Assembly: GCA_965220085.1 (NCBI GenBank)
Contig: CBDCOZ010000003.1
Span: 1,376,001 to 1,440,000, forward strand
Source: Candidatus Oxydemutatoraceae bacterium
GTDB lineage: Bacteria > Pseudomonadota > Gammaproteobacteria > Poriferisulfidales > Oxydemutatoraceae
DNA length: 64,000 nucleotides
Direction: 5' to 3'
Below the pieces are notes generated by a model. That model was given only the letters and a program-made list of their open reading frames with translations, ran no database searches and was not told the origin of the DNA. Shown here piece after piece: positions 1 to 9,062 of this stretch (its first letter is position 1; each line of letters begins with the position of its first letter). A program made the position numbers and the translations under genes.

Positions 1-3000
1 TGCCAACTGACGACGCCGTCGTTGTTGAAATCGACCTTCAGCGCCGGGTATTGGCGGTTGCTGCCGAAGTCCCAGTAGTCGGTCGGGGCGCCGGCGGCAT
101 CGTTGGCGTCCCAGTCGGCGTAGATGCCGTCGTAGCCGGTCGGGGTTTGCAGTTCGGCCGTGGACTTGCCGACAATGACGGCGGACGAACCGGAGACGGC
201 GTGACCGACGCCTTTTGCCAGTTGGCTCGTATGGCTGTCCCAGTAAACGGCGGCGAAGGGATTGGCGGCGCGGTTTTCGCCGATGACGCCGCCGATCTCG
301 GTCGCGTTGCGATTGACCAGGGCCGTGGAATAGGCATAGCGCAACGCGCCGACGGTATGAAAGGAGCCGACGAGACCGCCGCCGCGGCGCGCATCACCGC
401 CCGCCGTCGGGTCGACAAAACCGGTCGCATAGACGTGCTCTATCGTCACGTTGCTGCCCAAGTCATCCGTGAAGCCGACCAGACCGCCGAGGAGTTGGTT
501 GCCGCGCACCGTGCCGGTGGCGTAACTCGCGCGCACCGTGCCGTCTCCTATCTGACCGATCAACGAGGCGGCGTTCTGGGGAGCGCTTGCCGCGACCGAC
601 GACCAGGCGTTCTCAACCAGCCCCGCGTTTGCCAAATGCGTCGCCAGACCGGCGACCTGACCGCTGCTGCTGCTGCCGGCGACCGCGCCGGTGATGCCGA
701 CATTTCTGATCGCGCCGCCGCTGACATAGCCGAACAGACTGGGGCCCGAGTCGGTTCTGTCGATATAAAGGTTGGCTATCGTATGACCGTTGCCGTCAAA
801 CGTCGCGGCGAAGGCGTTCGTTGTGTTGGCTCCGATTCGCGCCCAACCCTTCGTCGCCGCATCCGTGACCCTGCTCCACTTGGCATCGTCTGTGCCGTCG
901 GCGTAGCTGCCGCGGTCGTCAAAATCCAGATCGCGCATCAACTCGTAGCCGGCGCAAGCGCTCGGGCAACCCATGCCGGCGGTCGCCGCGGGGAAGGCCG
1001 CGGCATAGGCCGCCGCGCCCGCGGGCGCATCCGCTGCGCCGCTGCCGTCCAAGTCCCAGCGTATCGCGTTCAGTTGCTCCAGCCAGTTGATGTCTATCAG
1101 GCCGTCGTCGTCGCTGTCGTAATCGACCGCGCCCGATGCCGCCGAACTGCGGTAGGCTTCGCCGCCGTCGAGCAACACCGCGACGCGGTAGGTGTATTCG
1201 GTGCCGGTGGTCGCGGTAGTGTCGGCATATGTCGTCGCGCTCAGGTCTCTGGCGATCACCAGGTTGGATGTGGTATGGCGGTAGACCGTGTAGGTGACGA
1301 CTGGCGGCGGCGACGACCAGTGCGAGACATCGGGCGCGCCCCAATGCAGCGCGCGCGAGGGACCGAGACCGCCGGCGACGCTGACCGCCCTCGGATAGTC
1401 GCGCAACTGGTAGCCGAATTCTTGCCACGTCGCGATGTTGTCGCCGTCAAAGTCGACCTTGAGCGCCGGATATTGCGAGGCGCTGCCGAAGTCCCAGTTG
1501 TCGGTCGCATTGCCGGCGGCGTCGGCGGCGTCCCAGGTTGAGTAGATGCCGGCGTAGTCAGTCGGCGCTTGCAATTCGGCCGCGGGCAAGCCGGCGGCGC
1601 CGGCGCGTCCGTCGTCGGCGACGATACCGGTGGTATCGGTATCCCAATACAAGGCGCTCAGGACGATGTCGCCCTCCGAGTTATGGACGATGGCGCCGTG
1701 GTCGCTGGCGCCGGTCGCATAGCCGTAAGCGATCGACACGCCATAATCCTGATAGTCGTTGATGTTGGCTATCAACGAGGCCGCATTGGGGCCGCTTACG
1801 GGACCGCTCGCATAGACGTGTTCGATGACGGCGGCGGCGCCGCTGATACTGCCGATCAAGCCGCCGCCGCCGCTTTGGTTGTCGGATATGTCGACGGCGC
1901 CGGTCGCATAACTGCGGCGAATGACCGCCTCTTGAATCGTGCCGTCGGTGTTCCTGATTTGGCCGATCAGACCGCCGACCGCATCGGCGCCTTCGACCGC
2001 CACCGCCGCATAGCTGTTCTCGATGCGGCTGTTTTCTTCCAGCACCGAGGCCAGACCGCCGATGATCCTGCCTGATTTTGCGACCGCGCCGGTGACGCCG
2101 ATGTTGGTCAGCGTGGCATCTCCGTCCAAGCCGCCAAACAGACCGCTGGCGTCGGCGCCGGCGGAGTAGAGGTTGCGCACCGTGCGACCGTTGCCGTGAA
2201 ATAGCAAGTCTTCGTTGTCCTCCTCGACCAGCAGTTGCCGCCAGCCTTTGCCGCTCGTCCACGTCGCTTTGTTGGCGGCGGGGTCGCGGTAACTGGCATC
2301 GTCGTCGAAGTCCAGATCGCGCATCAGTTCGTAGCCGCGACAGCCGCGCGGGCAACCGGCGCCGGCGGCCGGGTAGGCCGCGAGGTGCAACAGCCGGGCG
2401 GCTTCGTATATATCGAGCAGGCCGGCGTCGATGATGCCGTCGTAATTCTGGTCGGCGCGGGTGGCCGCGAGTTGTTCCAGGTTGCGGATCTCTATCAGGC
2501 CGTCGTCGTCGGTGTCGTAATCGATGCCCGATACCACGGCGCTGCGGTAGGCCTCGCCGCCGTCGAGCAACACCGCGACCAGATAGTTGCGGGCGCTGCC
2601 GGCGACCGCGGTATGGTCGGTATACGTCGTCGCGCTCAGGTCTTCGGCAACGACGCGGGTGGCGGTGGCGGCGCGGCGGTAGACGTTATACGTGACGACC
2701 GGCGGCGGCGACCAGTGCGAGACATCGGGCGCGCCCCAACTCAGCGCGCGCGAGGCGCCGACACCGGCGACGACGGCGACCGGCGCCGGGTAGTTACGCA
2801 GTTGATAGCCGAATTCTTGCCAAGTCGCGATGTTGTCGCCGTTGAAATCAACCTTCAGCGCCGGGTATTGTTGCGCGCTGCCGAAATCCCAGTAGTCGGT
2901 CGCGTTGCCGTCGGCATCGGCGGCATCCCAGTCGGCATAGAGACCTTTGTAGCCGATCGGCGCTTGCAGCTCGGCGGCGGTGTGGCCGCGCAGATGCTGG

Positions 3001-6000
3001 GTCGGGGCATCGCCGGCGTTGGCGGCGTTGTTGCGCGCAGTCGTCTGCCGGTCCCAGTAAGCGGCGGCGATGACGGGGTTTGTGTCAGTGCGCGAGTTGT
3101 AGCCGGCCAAACCGCCGCTGTTGACGTATTGCGCGACGTTGGCGGTCACGCGACCGGCAGCGTAGGCGTAGGCGATCGTGACGCCGCCTCTCATCTCGCC
3201 AATGAGACCGCCGGCGCGGGTCGGCGCTGTGACGCGTCCGCTGGCATAGGCGTGTTCGAGCGTCGCATCGTTATTTTCAAACAGGCCGATCAATCCGCCG
3301 GCAACCCGATCGTCGGCGCGCACCGCGGCGGTGGCATAACCGGCGACCACCCTGCCGTCGGACACTTTGCCGACCAGTCCGCCGACCGCTGCGCCGCCGT
3401 GTACGTCCGTCGCCGCATAGCTGTTCTCAAGCGTCGCGGCATCGACGACGCCCGCCAGAGCGCCGACCGCGCCGCCCTTGGAGGCTGCGACATTGTCGGC
3501 CAAAATGACGCGCACCGAACCGGTCACGCCGACATTGGCGATCGTCGCATCGAACACCGTGCCGAACAGGCCCATGTCGCCGTGACCGCGCAGGCCCTCG
3601 CGAGCGATGCGCAGGTTGGCTATCGCGCGACCGTTGCCGTGAAATGTCGCCCGATACGGATAGTTGGCATTGCCGAGCGGATCCCACATCCCGTCCGTCC
3701 AAGCGGCTTGGTTGGCGGTGTCGGCGTAGTCGGCGGCGGCGTCAAAGTCCAGGTCTTTGCTCAACTCGTAGCCGCGACAGGCGCGGTTCGGGCAGCCCAT
3801 GTCGCTGGCGCGGACGGGGAACGCCGTTTCGTAGTCGGCGGCGCGCGCGGGGAAGTCGATGCCGGCATCGTTCGGGTCGCCGTTGCCGTTGAGGTCTATG
3901 CCTATCGCCGCCAGTTGTTCCAGGTTGCGAATGTCTATCAGGCCGTCGTCGTCGCTGTCGTAGTCGACGCGGGTGATCATGACCGCGTTGCTGCGCGCCG
4001 CCTCGCCGCCGCCGGAAGCGACGAACGCCGCCACGCGGTATTCGTTGTCGCCGCCGGTCGAGCTCGCCGCGGTGTCGTGCGTCGTCGCGCTCAGCGCGGA
4101 GGCGGCGGGCGCCGCCTCATCGTTGAGCCAGACCCGATAGCGCAGTTGCGGCGGATTGTCCCAGTGCGAGGTATCCGGCGCCGTCCAACTGAGGATGCCG
4201 GCGCTCTCGGTCAGCTCGATGTCGTCGCGCAACTGGTAGCCGAATTCTTGCCAACTCACGTTGCCGTTGCCGTTAAAATCAACCTTCAGCGCCGGGTATT
4301 GCGAGGCGGCGCCGAAATCCCAGTGGTCGTTGTTGGCGGAACCGGGCATCCCCCAGGCGGCGTAGATGCCAAGATATTGGGTCTGCGTTTGCAAGGCGGC
4401 GGTCGTCTGACCGCCGATGTTGACGGAAGAGCCGACGCCGACCGCTTCGCTCTTGCCCGAAGTCACGGTGTCCCAATATGTGTGCTCGACGGCGCTGTCC
4501 GCCCTGTCGCCGCCGACGCCGCCGCTGTTCGTCGCCGCTTTGGCGATCAGGCCGGTCACGTAGGCATACCGCAGTTGCGCTTGCCCCATAAAGCCGATGA
4601 GACCGCCGGCGACGCCGCCGTCGCCGCTCGCGCGCGATGCGCTGACAAAGCCGGTGGCGTAGACGTGTTCTGCCGCGCTGTCGGCGTTGTCGGCAGCGGC
4701 GCCAATCAGGCCGCCGACTTGGGCGACGCCAGTCGCGGCGCCGTTGGCATAACTCCGCCGTATCGTGCCGGCGTTGTTAAACCCGACCAGCGAGCCGACC
4801 ATCTCGCCGCCCGATACCGTCGCCCCCGAGAAAGAGTTTTCTATCGTGGCGCCGTTCAGTTCGCCGGCGATGCCGCCGATGCGGTCGTTGTCGTCGCCGC
4901 CCGAGACCGAACCGCTGACGACGGCGAGGTTTGTAATGATGCCGGCGCTGCCGACGACGCCGAACAGACCTTGGCCGTCGTTGTTATCCGCCGCGCGGTT
5001 GATATGCAAGTTGCTAATCTTTTTGCCCTTGCCGTCGAAGGTCGTTGCGAACGGAGCCGCGCCGTCGCCTATCGGCGACCAGCCTTCGCCGCTCGTCCAT
5101 TCCGCATTGACCGCGCCCGAGCGGTAGTCGGCGGCGTCTTTAAAGTCCAGGTCTTGGCGCAATTCGTAGCCGACACAGGCGTTGTTTAAGCAACCCATGT
5201 GCGGCGCCGGATTGAAAAAACCCGACTCATACGCGCTCTGATCAGCCGCCGCGACGGCGCCGTCGCCGTTCAAGTCATAACGCATCGCGTTCAATTGATC
5301 CAGCGTTCTGATGTCTATCAGACCGTCGTCGTCGTCGTCGTAATCGGTCTCCGTCGCCTCCGCCGTCGGCGAGTGGCTGCGGCTCGCCTCGCCGCCATTG
5401 ACGATCGCCGCGACTTGATAGGCATATGTGGTCCCGGCGACCGCGCTGGCATCGACATGGGCGCGCAACGACAACTCCGCGGCGCCCGCCAAGGCCAAGC
5501 CGTCGCGATACACCGCGTAGCGCAATTCCGGCGGCGGGTCCCACGCCGATACGTCCGGCGCGTCCCAACTCAAACTGCGGTCGCTCGTTCCGCCGATGGC
5601 GAACGCCGGCGGCCCTTGCCGCAACTGATAACCGAACTCTTGCCAGGTCGCTTCGCCGTTGCCGTCAAAATCAACCTTCAGCGCCGGGTATTGCTCGCTC
5701 GTGCCGAAGTCCCAGTGGTCGTCGCCGCCGGCATCCCAGCTGGCGTAGATGCCGTCATAGCCGGTCGGCGTTTGCAACGCGGATGTCGTGTGGCCGGTCA
5801 CGCTGCTCAATGTGCCGCTGCCGATGCCGGCGCTCTTGCCCGAGGTCTGGGTGTCCCAATACGCCGCCGTCGCCATGGGGGAAGTTTCAACACGACCGCC
5901 GAAGCCGCCGCTGTCTGTCGCGCTCGGGTTAATCAGACCCGTCGCATAGCCGTAGCGCACCGTCACGTTGCCCAGATTGCCGATCAAACCGCCGCCGCGA

Positions 6001-8405
6001 TATCGGCTGCCGCCTCGCGTCGTGTCGATGTAGCCGGTCGCGTAGACATGCTCGACCGTGCCGCGCGTCTGGTGGTGGTTGTCGCGTCCGAGCGCGCCGC
6101 CGGCTTGCGAATTCGCGTAGACATTGCCGGTCGCATAACTGCGGCGGATTTTGGAGTCGTTGGAGGCGATGCCGACCAAAGAGCCGACATGCGCCCGGCC
6201 CGCCGCCGACACCGCCGACCAGCTGTTCTCCAGCGTGCTGTTTACATGCCGACCGACCAGTCCGCCGATATCATTGCCTATGCTGTCGTTGCCTGTGCCG
6301 CCGTCGATGGCGCCGGTCACGCCGATGTTGCGGATGGCGCCGCCGACGACGATGCCGAACAGACCCTGATACCGCCGCGCGCGATCGATGTACAGGTTGT
6401 AAATCACGCGGCCGTTGCCGTCAAAAGTCGCCGTGTAAGCGTTCGAATCGTCGCCATCTCTCACGCCCGGATCGCCGAGCGGCAACCAGCCTTCTTCGAC
6501 ATCGCTGTCGGCGGGGTTGTCTGTCCAAGGTTGGGCGAAGGGGTCGCCGCCGGCATAGCTCGCCGCATCGTTAAAGTCCAGATCGCGCGTCAGTTCGTAG
6601 CCTGCGCAACCGCCCGCCGGGCAACCCATGCCGGCGGAGGCATCCGGAAAGGCGTCGGCGTATTCGCTCGCATTGGCCAATGCCGGCTCGCCGTCGCCGT
6701 CCAAGTCCCAGCGGATGGCGTTGAGTTGCTCCAGATATTCGATTTCTATCAGGCCGTTGTCATCGGCGTCGTAATCGGCGGCGACCGCGACGACGCTGTG
6801 CAAGGCCTCGCCGCCATTGACGATCACGGTCAGGCGGTAGATGTCGCCGCCGTCGCTATCGACATAGGAGCAGGTCGTGACGCCGTTGGCGTCTGTGGTC
6901 TCGGCGATGGCGCCGCTCAGCTCCGTCGTGTCGCGATAGACTTTGTAGCCGACGGTCGGCGGGTTTGTCCACGCCGATAAGTCCGGCGCGCTCCAGTTCA
7001 AGGTTCTGGCGGAGCCGTTGCTGTTGACCGTCACATTGCGCGGGCCGTCGCGCAACTGGTAGCCGAATTCCTGCCAACTCGCGGCGCTGTTGGGGTCGTT
7101 GTCGAAATCTATCTTCAGGACGGGATATTGCGAGATGGCGCCGAAGTCCCAGTGGTCGGTCGTGTCGCCATCGTCCCAGTCGGCGTAGATGCCGTCGTAG
7201 CCGGTCGGCGCGCGCAGCTCGCCCGTCGTCCGCGCCGTGATGCCGCCGACGGTCGCGCCGCTGACCAAACCGATGGCGTTCGTTTTGCCCGATACCATGC
7301 GGTCCCAGTACGCCGCCGTCGCCGCGTAAGCGCTGTTGTCAAGATGCCCGCCCAGACCGCCGGCGGCTGTCGCGGCGGAATCTATCAGCGCCGCCGCATA
7401 GGCGTACTTCAATCGCGCTTGCCCCATGGAGCCGATGAGACCGCCGGCTGCGCTGCCGTCGCTGGCGATGCGCGATGCGGTGACAAAGCCGGTCGCGTAG
7501 ACGTGCTCCGCCGCGGTGTTCGCGGTGTTCGCGACGGCGCCGATGAGACCGCCGACTTCGTGACTGCCGCCGACCGCGCCGGTGGCATAACTTCTGATAA
7601 TCTTGGCGCCTCCTCCGTCCGACGATCCGTTCAGGAAGCCGACCAGACTGCCGACCCGGGAATGACCGTTTGCTGTTACCGTCGAATAGACGTCCTCTAT
7701 CTTGCTGTTGAAGGTCTGGCCAATCAGGCCGCCGGCGGCCGTGTTTCCAAAACCGTTCGCGGTCACCGACCCGGTCACGCCGACGCCGGTAATATAGCCT
7801 CCGCCGTAGAACCCGAATAAGCCCAAGTTATCGCGGTCGCGATTAATATGCAGGTTGCTGACCGTATGGCCGTTGCCGGCGAAATGACCGCGATAGGACG
7901 CGCCTTGTTCGCCGATTGGTTCCCAGCCTTCGCCGCTCGTCCATTCCGCATTGACCACGCCGCTCCTGTAACTGCCGGGGTCGTTGAAGTCCAGATCGCG
8001 CATCAACTCGTAGCCCACGCATTGCCCCGAAACGTCGCCGACGCTGGCGACGCATGATGATAGATTGGGATGACATTGACTCCCAACCTGAAGGACAATG
8101 GCGGGATCCGAATTTGACCGGGGGAAGGCAACATCGTGGCCCGTATCAGAAGGGCCATGACCGTTGGCATCCAAATCCCACCGCAATGCGTTCAGTTGCT
8201 CCAACCACCAGATTTCGACCAAGCAGTCGTTATCGGTATCAAAGACATCCTGTGTCTGCGGCGGGGCGGTTTGCGCCGACACGATGCCCGACAGCGCGAG
8301 CGAGAACACGCAACAGAAAAGCAACGATCCGAAGTGGACCGATAACGGTTTCGCTTTGTTTGTAAACTCCGACAAGTTTTGACCTCGTGTTTGCGATTGT
8401 TTCAT
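1..8405 (-). CDS. Giant secreted repetitive surface protein (GLUG-like/Ca-binding/FN3-like modules); 3' end lies outside the window
   Basis: ATG at 8405 gives MKQSQTRGQNLSEFTNKAKPLSVHFGSLLFCCVFSLALSGIVSA|QT (Sec signal peptide), then DTDNDCLVEIWWLEQLNALRWDLDANG...CVGYELMRDLDF. The same frame reads QYPALKVDFNNDGVVSW at the left edge. No terminated ORF is listed in this frame, so it appears open for >2800 codons. About 6 modules of ~1.4 kb start near 8240, 6776, 5345, 3965, 2522 and 1123; they are paralogous to 24132..53462. Confidence 0.9.
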   Translation of the reverse strand, partial: MKQSQTRGQNLSEFTNKAKPLSVHFGSLLFCCVFSLALSGIVSAQTAPPQTQDVFDTDNDCLVEIWWLEQLNALRWDLDANGHGPSDTGHDVAFPRSNSDPAIVLQVGSQCHPNLSSCVASVGDVSGQCVGYELMRDLDFNDPGSYRSGVVNAEWTSGEGWEPIGEQGASYRGHFAGNGHTVSNLHINRDRDNLGLFGFYGGGYITGVGVTGSVTANGFGNTAAGGLIGQTFNSKIEDVYSTVTANGHSRVGSLVGFLNGSSDGGGAKIIRSYATGAVGGSHEVGGLIGAVANTANTAAEHVYATGFVTASRIASDGSAAGGLIGSMGQARLKYAYAAALIDSAATAAGGLGGHLDNSAYAATAAYWDRMVSGKTNAIGLVSGATVGGITARTTGELRAPTGYDGIYADWDDGDTTDHWDFGAISQYPVLKIDFDNDPNSAASWQEFGYQLRDGPRNVTVNSNGSARTLNWSAPDLSAWTNPPTVGYKVYRDTTELSGAIAETTDANGVTTCSYVDSDGGDIYRLTVIVNGGEALHSVVAVAADYDADDNGLIEIEYLEQLNAIRWDLDGDGEPALANASEYADAFPDASAGMGCPAGGCAGYELTRDLDFNDAASYAGGDPFAQPWTDNPADSDVEEGWLPLGDPGVRDGDDSNAYTATFDGNGRVIYNLYIDRARRYQGLFGIVVGGAIRNIGVTGAIDGGTGNDSIGNDIGGLVGRHVNSTLENSWSAVSAAGRAHVGSLVGIASNDSKIRRSYATGNVYANSQAGGALGRDNHHQTRGTVEHVYATGYIDTTRGGSRYRGGGLIGNLGNVTVRYGYATGLINPSATDSGGFGGRVETSPMATAAYWDTQTSGKSAGIGSGTLSSVTGHTTSALQTPTGYDGIYASWDAGGDDHWDFGTSEQYPALKVDFDGNGEATWQEFGYQLRQGPPAFAIGGTSDRSLSWDAPDVSAWDPPPELRYAVYRDGLALAGAAELSLRAHVDASAVAGTTYAYQVAAIVNGGEASRSHSPTAEATETDYDDDDDGLIDIRTLDQLNAMRYDLNGDGAVAAADQSAYESGFFNPAPHMGCLNNACVGYELRQDLDFKDAADYRSGAVNAEWTSGEGWSPIGDGAAPFATTFDGKGKKISNLHINRAADNNDGQGLFGVVGSAGIITNLAVVSGSVSGGDDNDRIGGIAGELNGATIENSFSGATVSGGEMVGSLVGFNNAGTIRRSYANGAATGVAQVGGLIGAAADNADSAAEHVYATGFVSASRASGDGGVAGGLIGFMGQAQLRYAYVTGLIAKAATNSGGVGGDRADSAVEHTYWDTVTSGKSEAVGVGSSVNIGGQTTAALQTQTQYLGIYAAWGMPGSANNDHWDFGAASQYPALKVDFNGNGNVSWQEFGYQLRDDIELTESAGILSWTAPDTSHWDNPPQLRYRVWLNDEAAPAASALSATTHDTAASSTGGDNEYRVAAFVASGGGEAARSNAVMITRVDYDSDDDGLIDIRNLEQLAAIGIDLNGNGDPNDAGIDFPARAADYETAFPVRASDMGCPNRACRGYELSKDLDFDAAADYADTANQAAWTDGMWDPLGNANYPYRATFHGNGRAIANLRIAREGLRGHGDMGLFGTVFDATIANVGVTGSVRVILADNVAASKGGAVGALAGVVDAATLENSYAATDVHGGAAVGGLVGKVSDGRVVAGYATAAVRADDRVAGGLIGLFENNDATLEHAYASGRVTAPTRAGGLIGEMRGGVTIAYAYAAGRVTANVAQYVNSGGLAGYNSRTDTNPVIAAAYWDRQTTARNNAANAGDAPTQHLRGHTAAELQAPIGYKGLYADWDAADADGNATDYWDFGSAQQYPALKVDFNGDNIATWQEFGYQLRNYPAPVAVVAGVGASRALSWGAPDVSHWSPPPVVTYNVYRRAATATRVVAEDLSATTYTDHTAVAGSARNYLVAVLLDGGEAYRSAVVSGIDYDTDDDGLIEIRNLEQLAATRADQNYDGIIDAGLLDIYEAARLLHLAAYPAAGAGCPRGCRGYELMRDLDFDDDASYRDPAANKATWTSGKGWRQLLVEEDNEDLLFHGNGRTVRNLYSAGADASGLFGGLDGDATLTNIGVTGAVAKSGRIIGGLASVLEENSRIENSYAAVAVEGADAVGGLIGQIRNTDGTIQEAVIRRSYATGAVDISDNQSGGGGLIGSISGAAAVIEHVYASGPVSGPNAASLIANINDYQDYGVSIAYGYATGASDHGAIVHNSEGDIVLSALYWDTDTTGIVADDGRAGAAGLPAAELQAPTDYAGIYSTWDAADAAGNATDNWDFGSASQYPALKVDFDGDNIATWQEFGYQLRDYPRAVSVAGGLGPSRALHWGAPDVSHWSSPPPVVTYTVYRHTTSNLVIARDLSATTYADTTATTGTEYTYRVAVLLDGGEAYRSSAASGAVDYDSDDDGLIDINWLEQLNAIRWDLDGSGAADAPAGAAAYAAAFPAATAGMGCPSACAGYELMRDLDFDDRGSYADGTDDAKWSRVTDAATKGWARIGANTTNAFAATFDGNGHTIANLYIDRTDSGPSLFGYVSGGAIRNVGITGAVAGSSSSGQVAGLATHLANAGLVENAWSSVAASAPQNAASLIGQIGDGTVRASYATGTVRGNQLLGGLVGFTDDLGSNVTIEHVYATGFVDPTAGGDARRGGGLVGSFHTVGALRYAYSTALVNRNATEIGGVIGENRAANPFAAVYWDSHTSQLAKGVGHAVSGSSAVIVGKSTAELQTPTGYDGIYADWDANDAAGAPTDYWDFGSNRQYPALKVDFNNDGVVSW

Positions 8406-8423
8406 GCAAATTCGGATTGTCAG

Positions 8424-8432
8424 AGTATAACA
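8424..8432 (-). promoter_or_regulatory. Candidate extended -10 promoter (TGtTATACT) for the first giant gene
   Basis: Minus strand reads GTGTTATACT about 20 nt upstream of ATG 8405. Confidence 0.4.
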
Positions 8433-8462
8433 CGCTCTGCGGCGGGCGGCGGAAAATGGGGA

Positions 8463-8642
8463 TTATATGCTTAAAAACATAAGACTCATTATCGCCGTTT
8501 GAGAATAGCGAGTTTCTAACTCTTTCCTTGTCGGCTTTTTATTCTCATACATTGGCTTTTCGGGCGCCTTGGCTAATAGCGCATCCTTAACCGCATCTGC
8601 AAATGCTTTAAGCGTTGTTTTCTTATGGTTTTTCTGTTTCAT
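8463..8642 (-). CDS. Small 59-aa hypothetical protein, probable IS passenger gene
   Basis: MKQKNHKKTTLKAFADAVKDALLAKAPEKPMYENKKPTRKELETRYSQ... Its ATG overlaps (ATGA) the stop of an upstream remnant (...EKMDNFLEGLQ*), and it ends inside the terminal inverted repeat. Confidence 0.45.
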   Translation of the reverse strand: MKQKNHKKTTLKAFADAVKDALLAKAPEKPMYENKKPTRKELETRYSQTAIMSLMFLSI

Positions 8643-8674
8643 TGTAATCCTTCTAAAAAGTTATCCATTTTTTC

Positions 8675-8868
8675 GGGAATTATATGCCTGTGTATGCAAA
8701 ACAGCCTATCAGTCCGCAATCCTAAAATTGACTCCGGCCATTGCGCTGCTTTGCGCTCTGTTTCAAACATCTTATACAGTTCAAATAATCCGATTGTCTT
8801 TGCCTTTCTCTTTGCCATCGAAATACCCCTATTCAATGGTCTGATTGCATACACAGGCATATATTCCC
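8675..8868 (-). mobile_element. 194-bp MITE (internally deleted IS1595-like element), copy 1
   Basis: ~25-bp TIRs GGGAATTATATGCCTGTGTATGCAA / TTGCATACACAGGCATATATTCCC. The internal frame MAKRKAKTIGLFELYKMFETERKAAQW resembles an IS1595 transposase N-terminus cut before the Zn ribbon. Confidence 0.8.
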
Positions 8869-9062
8869 CGACCAATGACCAGTGTCAGGCAGACAGGTAT
8901 TTGACCGACACATGAACCGTACGCGCTCCCCTCGCAGGGGGGTCGCTCGCACTCAGCGCAAAGGCCGAGTCGCAGGCGAAGGACGGGTTGTCGGAGCTTG
9001 CAAGGAGAGTGGGGGCAAACTCCCGCCGGTTGAAGTGCAGGTATTTACTGCTTGGGCATGGC

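Noticed and set aside
51-7820. Long plus-strand ORFs (51..1541, 2235..5189, 5199..6980, 7128..7820)
   Set aside because: All are in the antisense register of the giant minus-strand gene; they are Arg/Val/Ala-rich shadow frames with no motifs.
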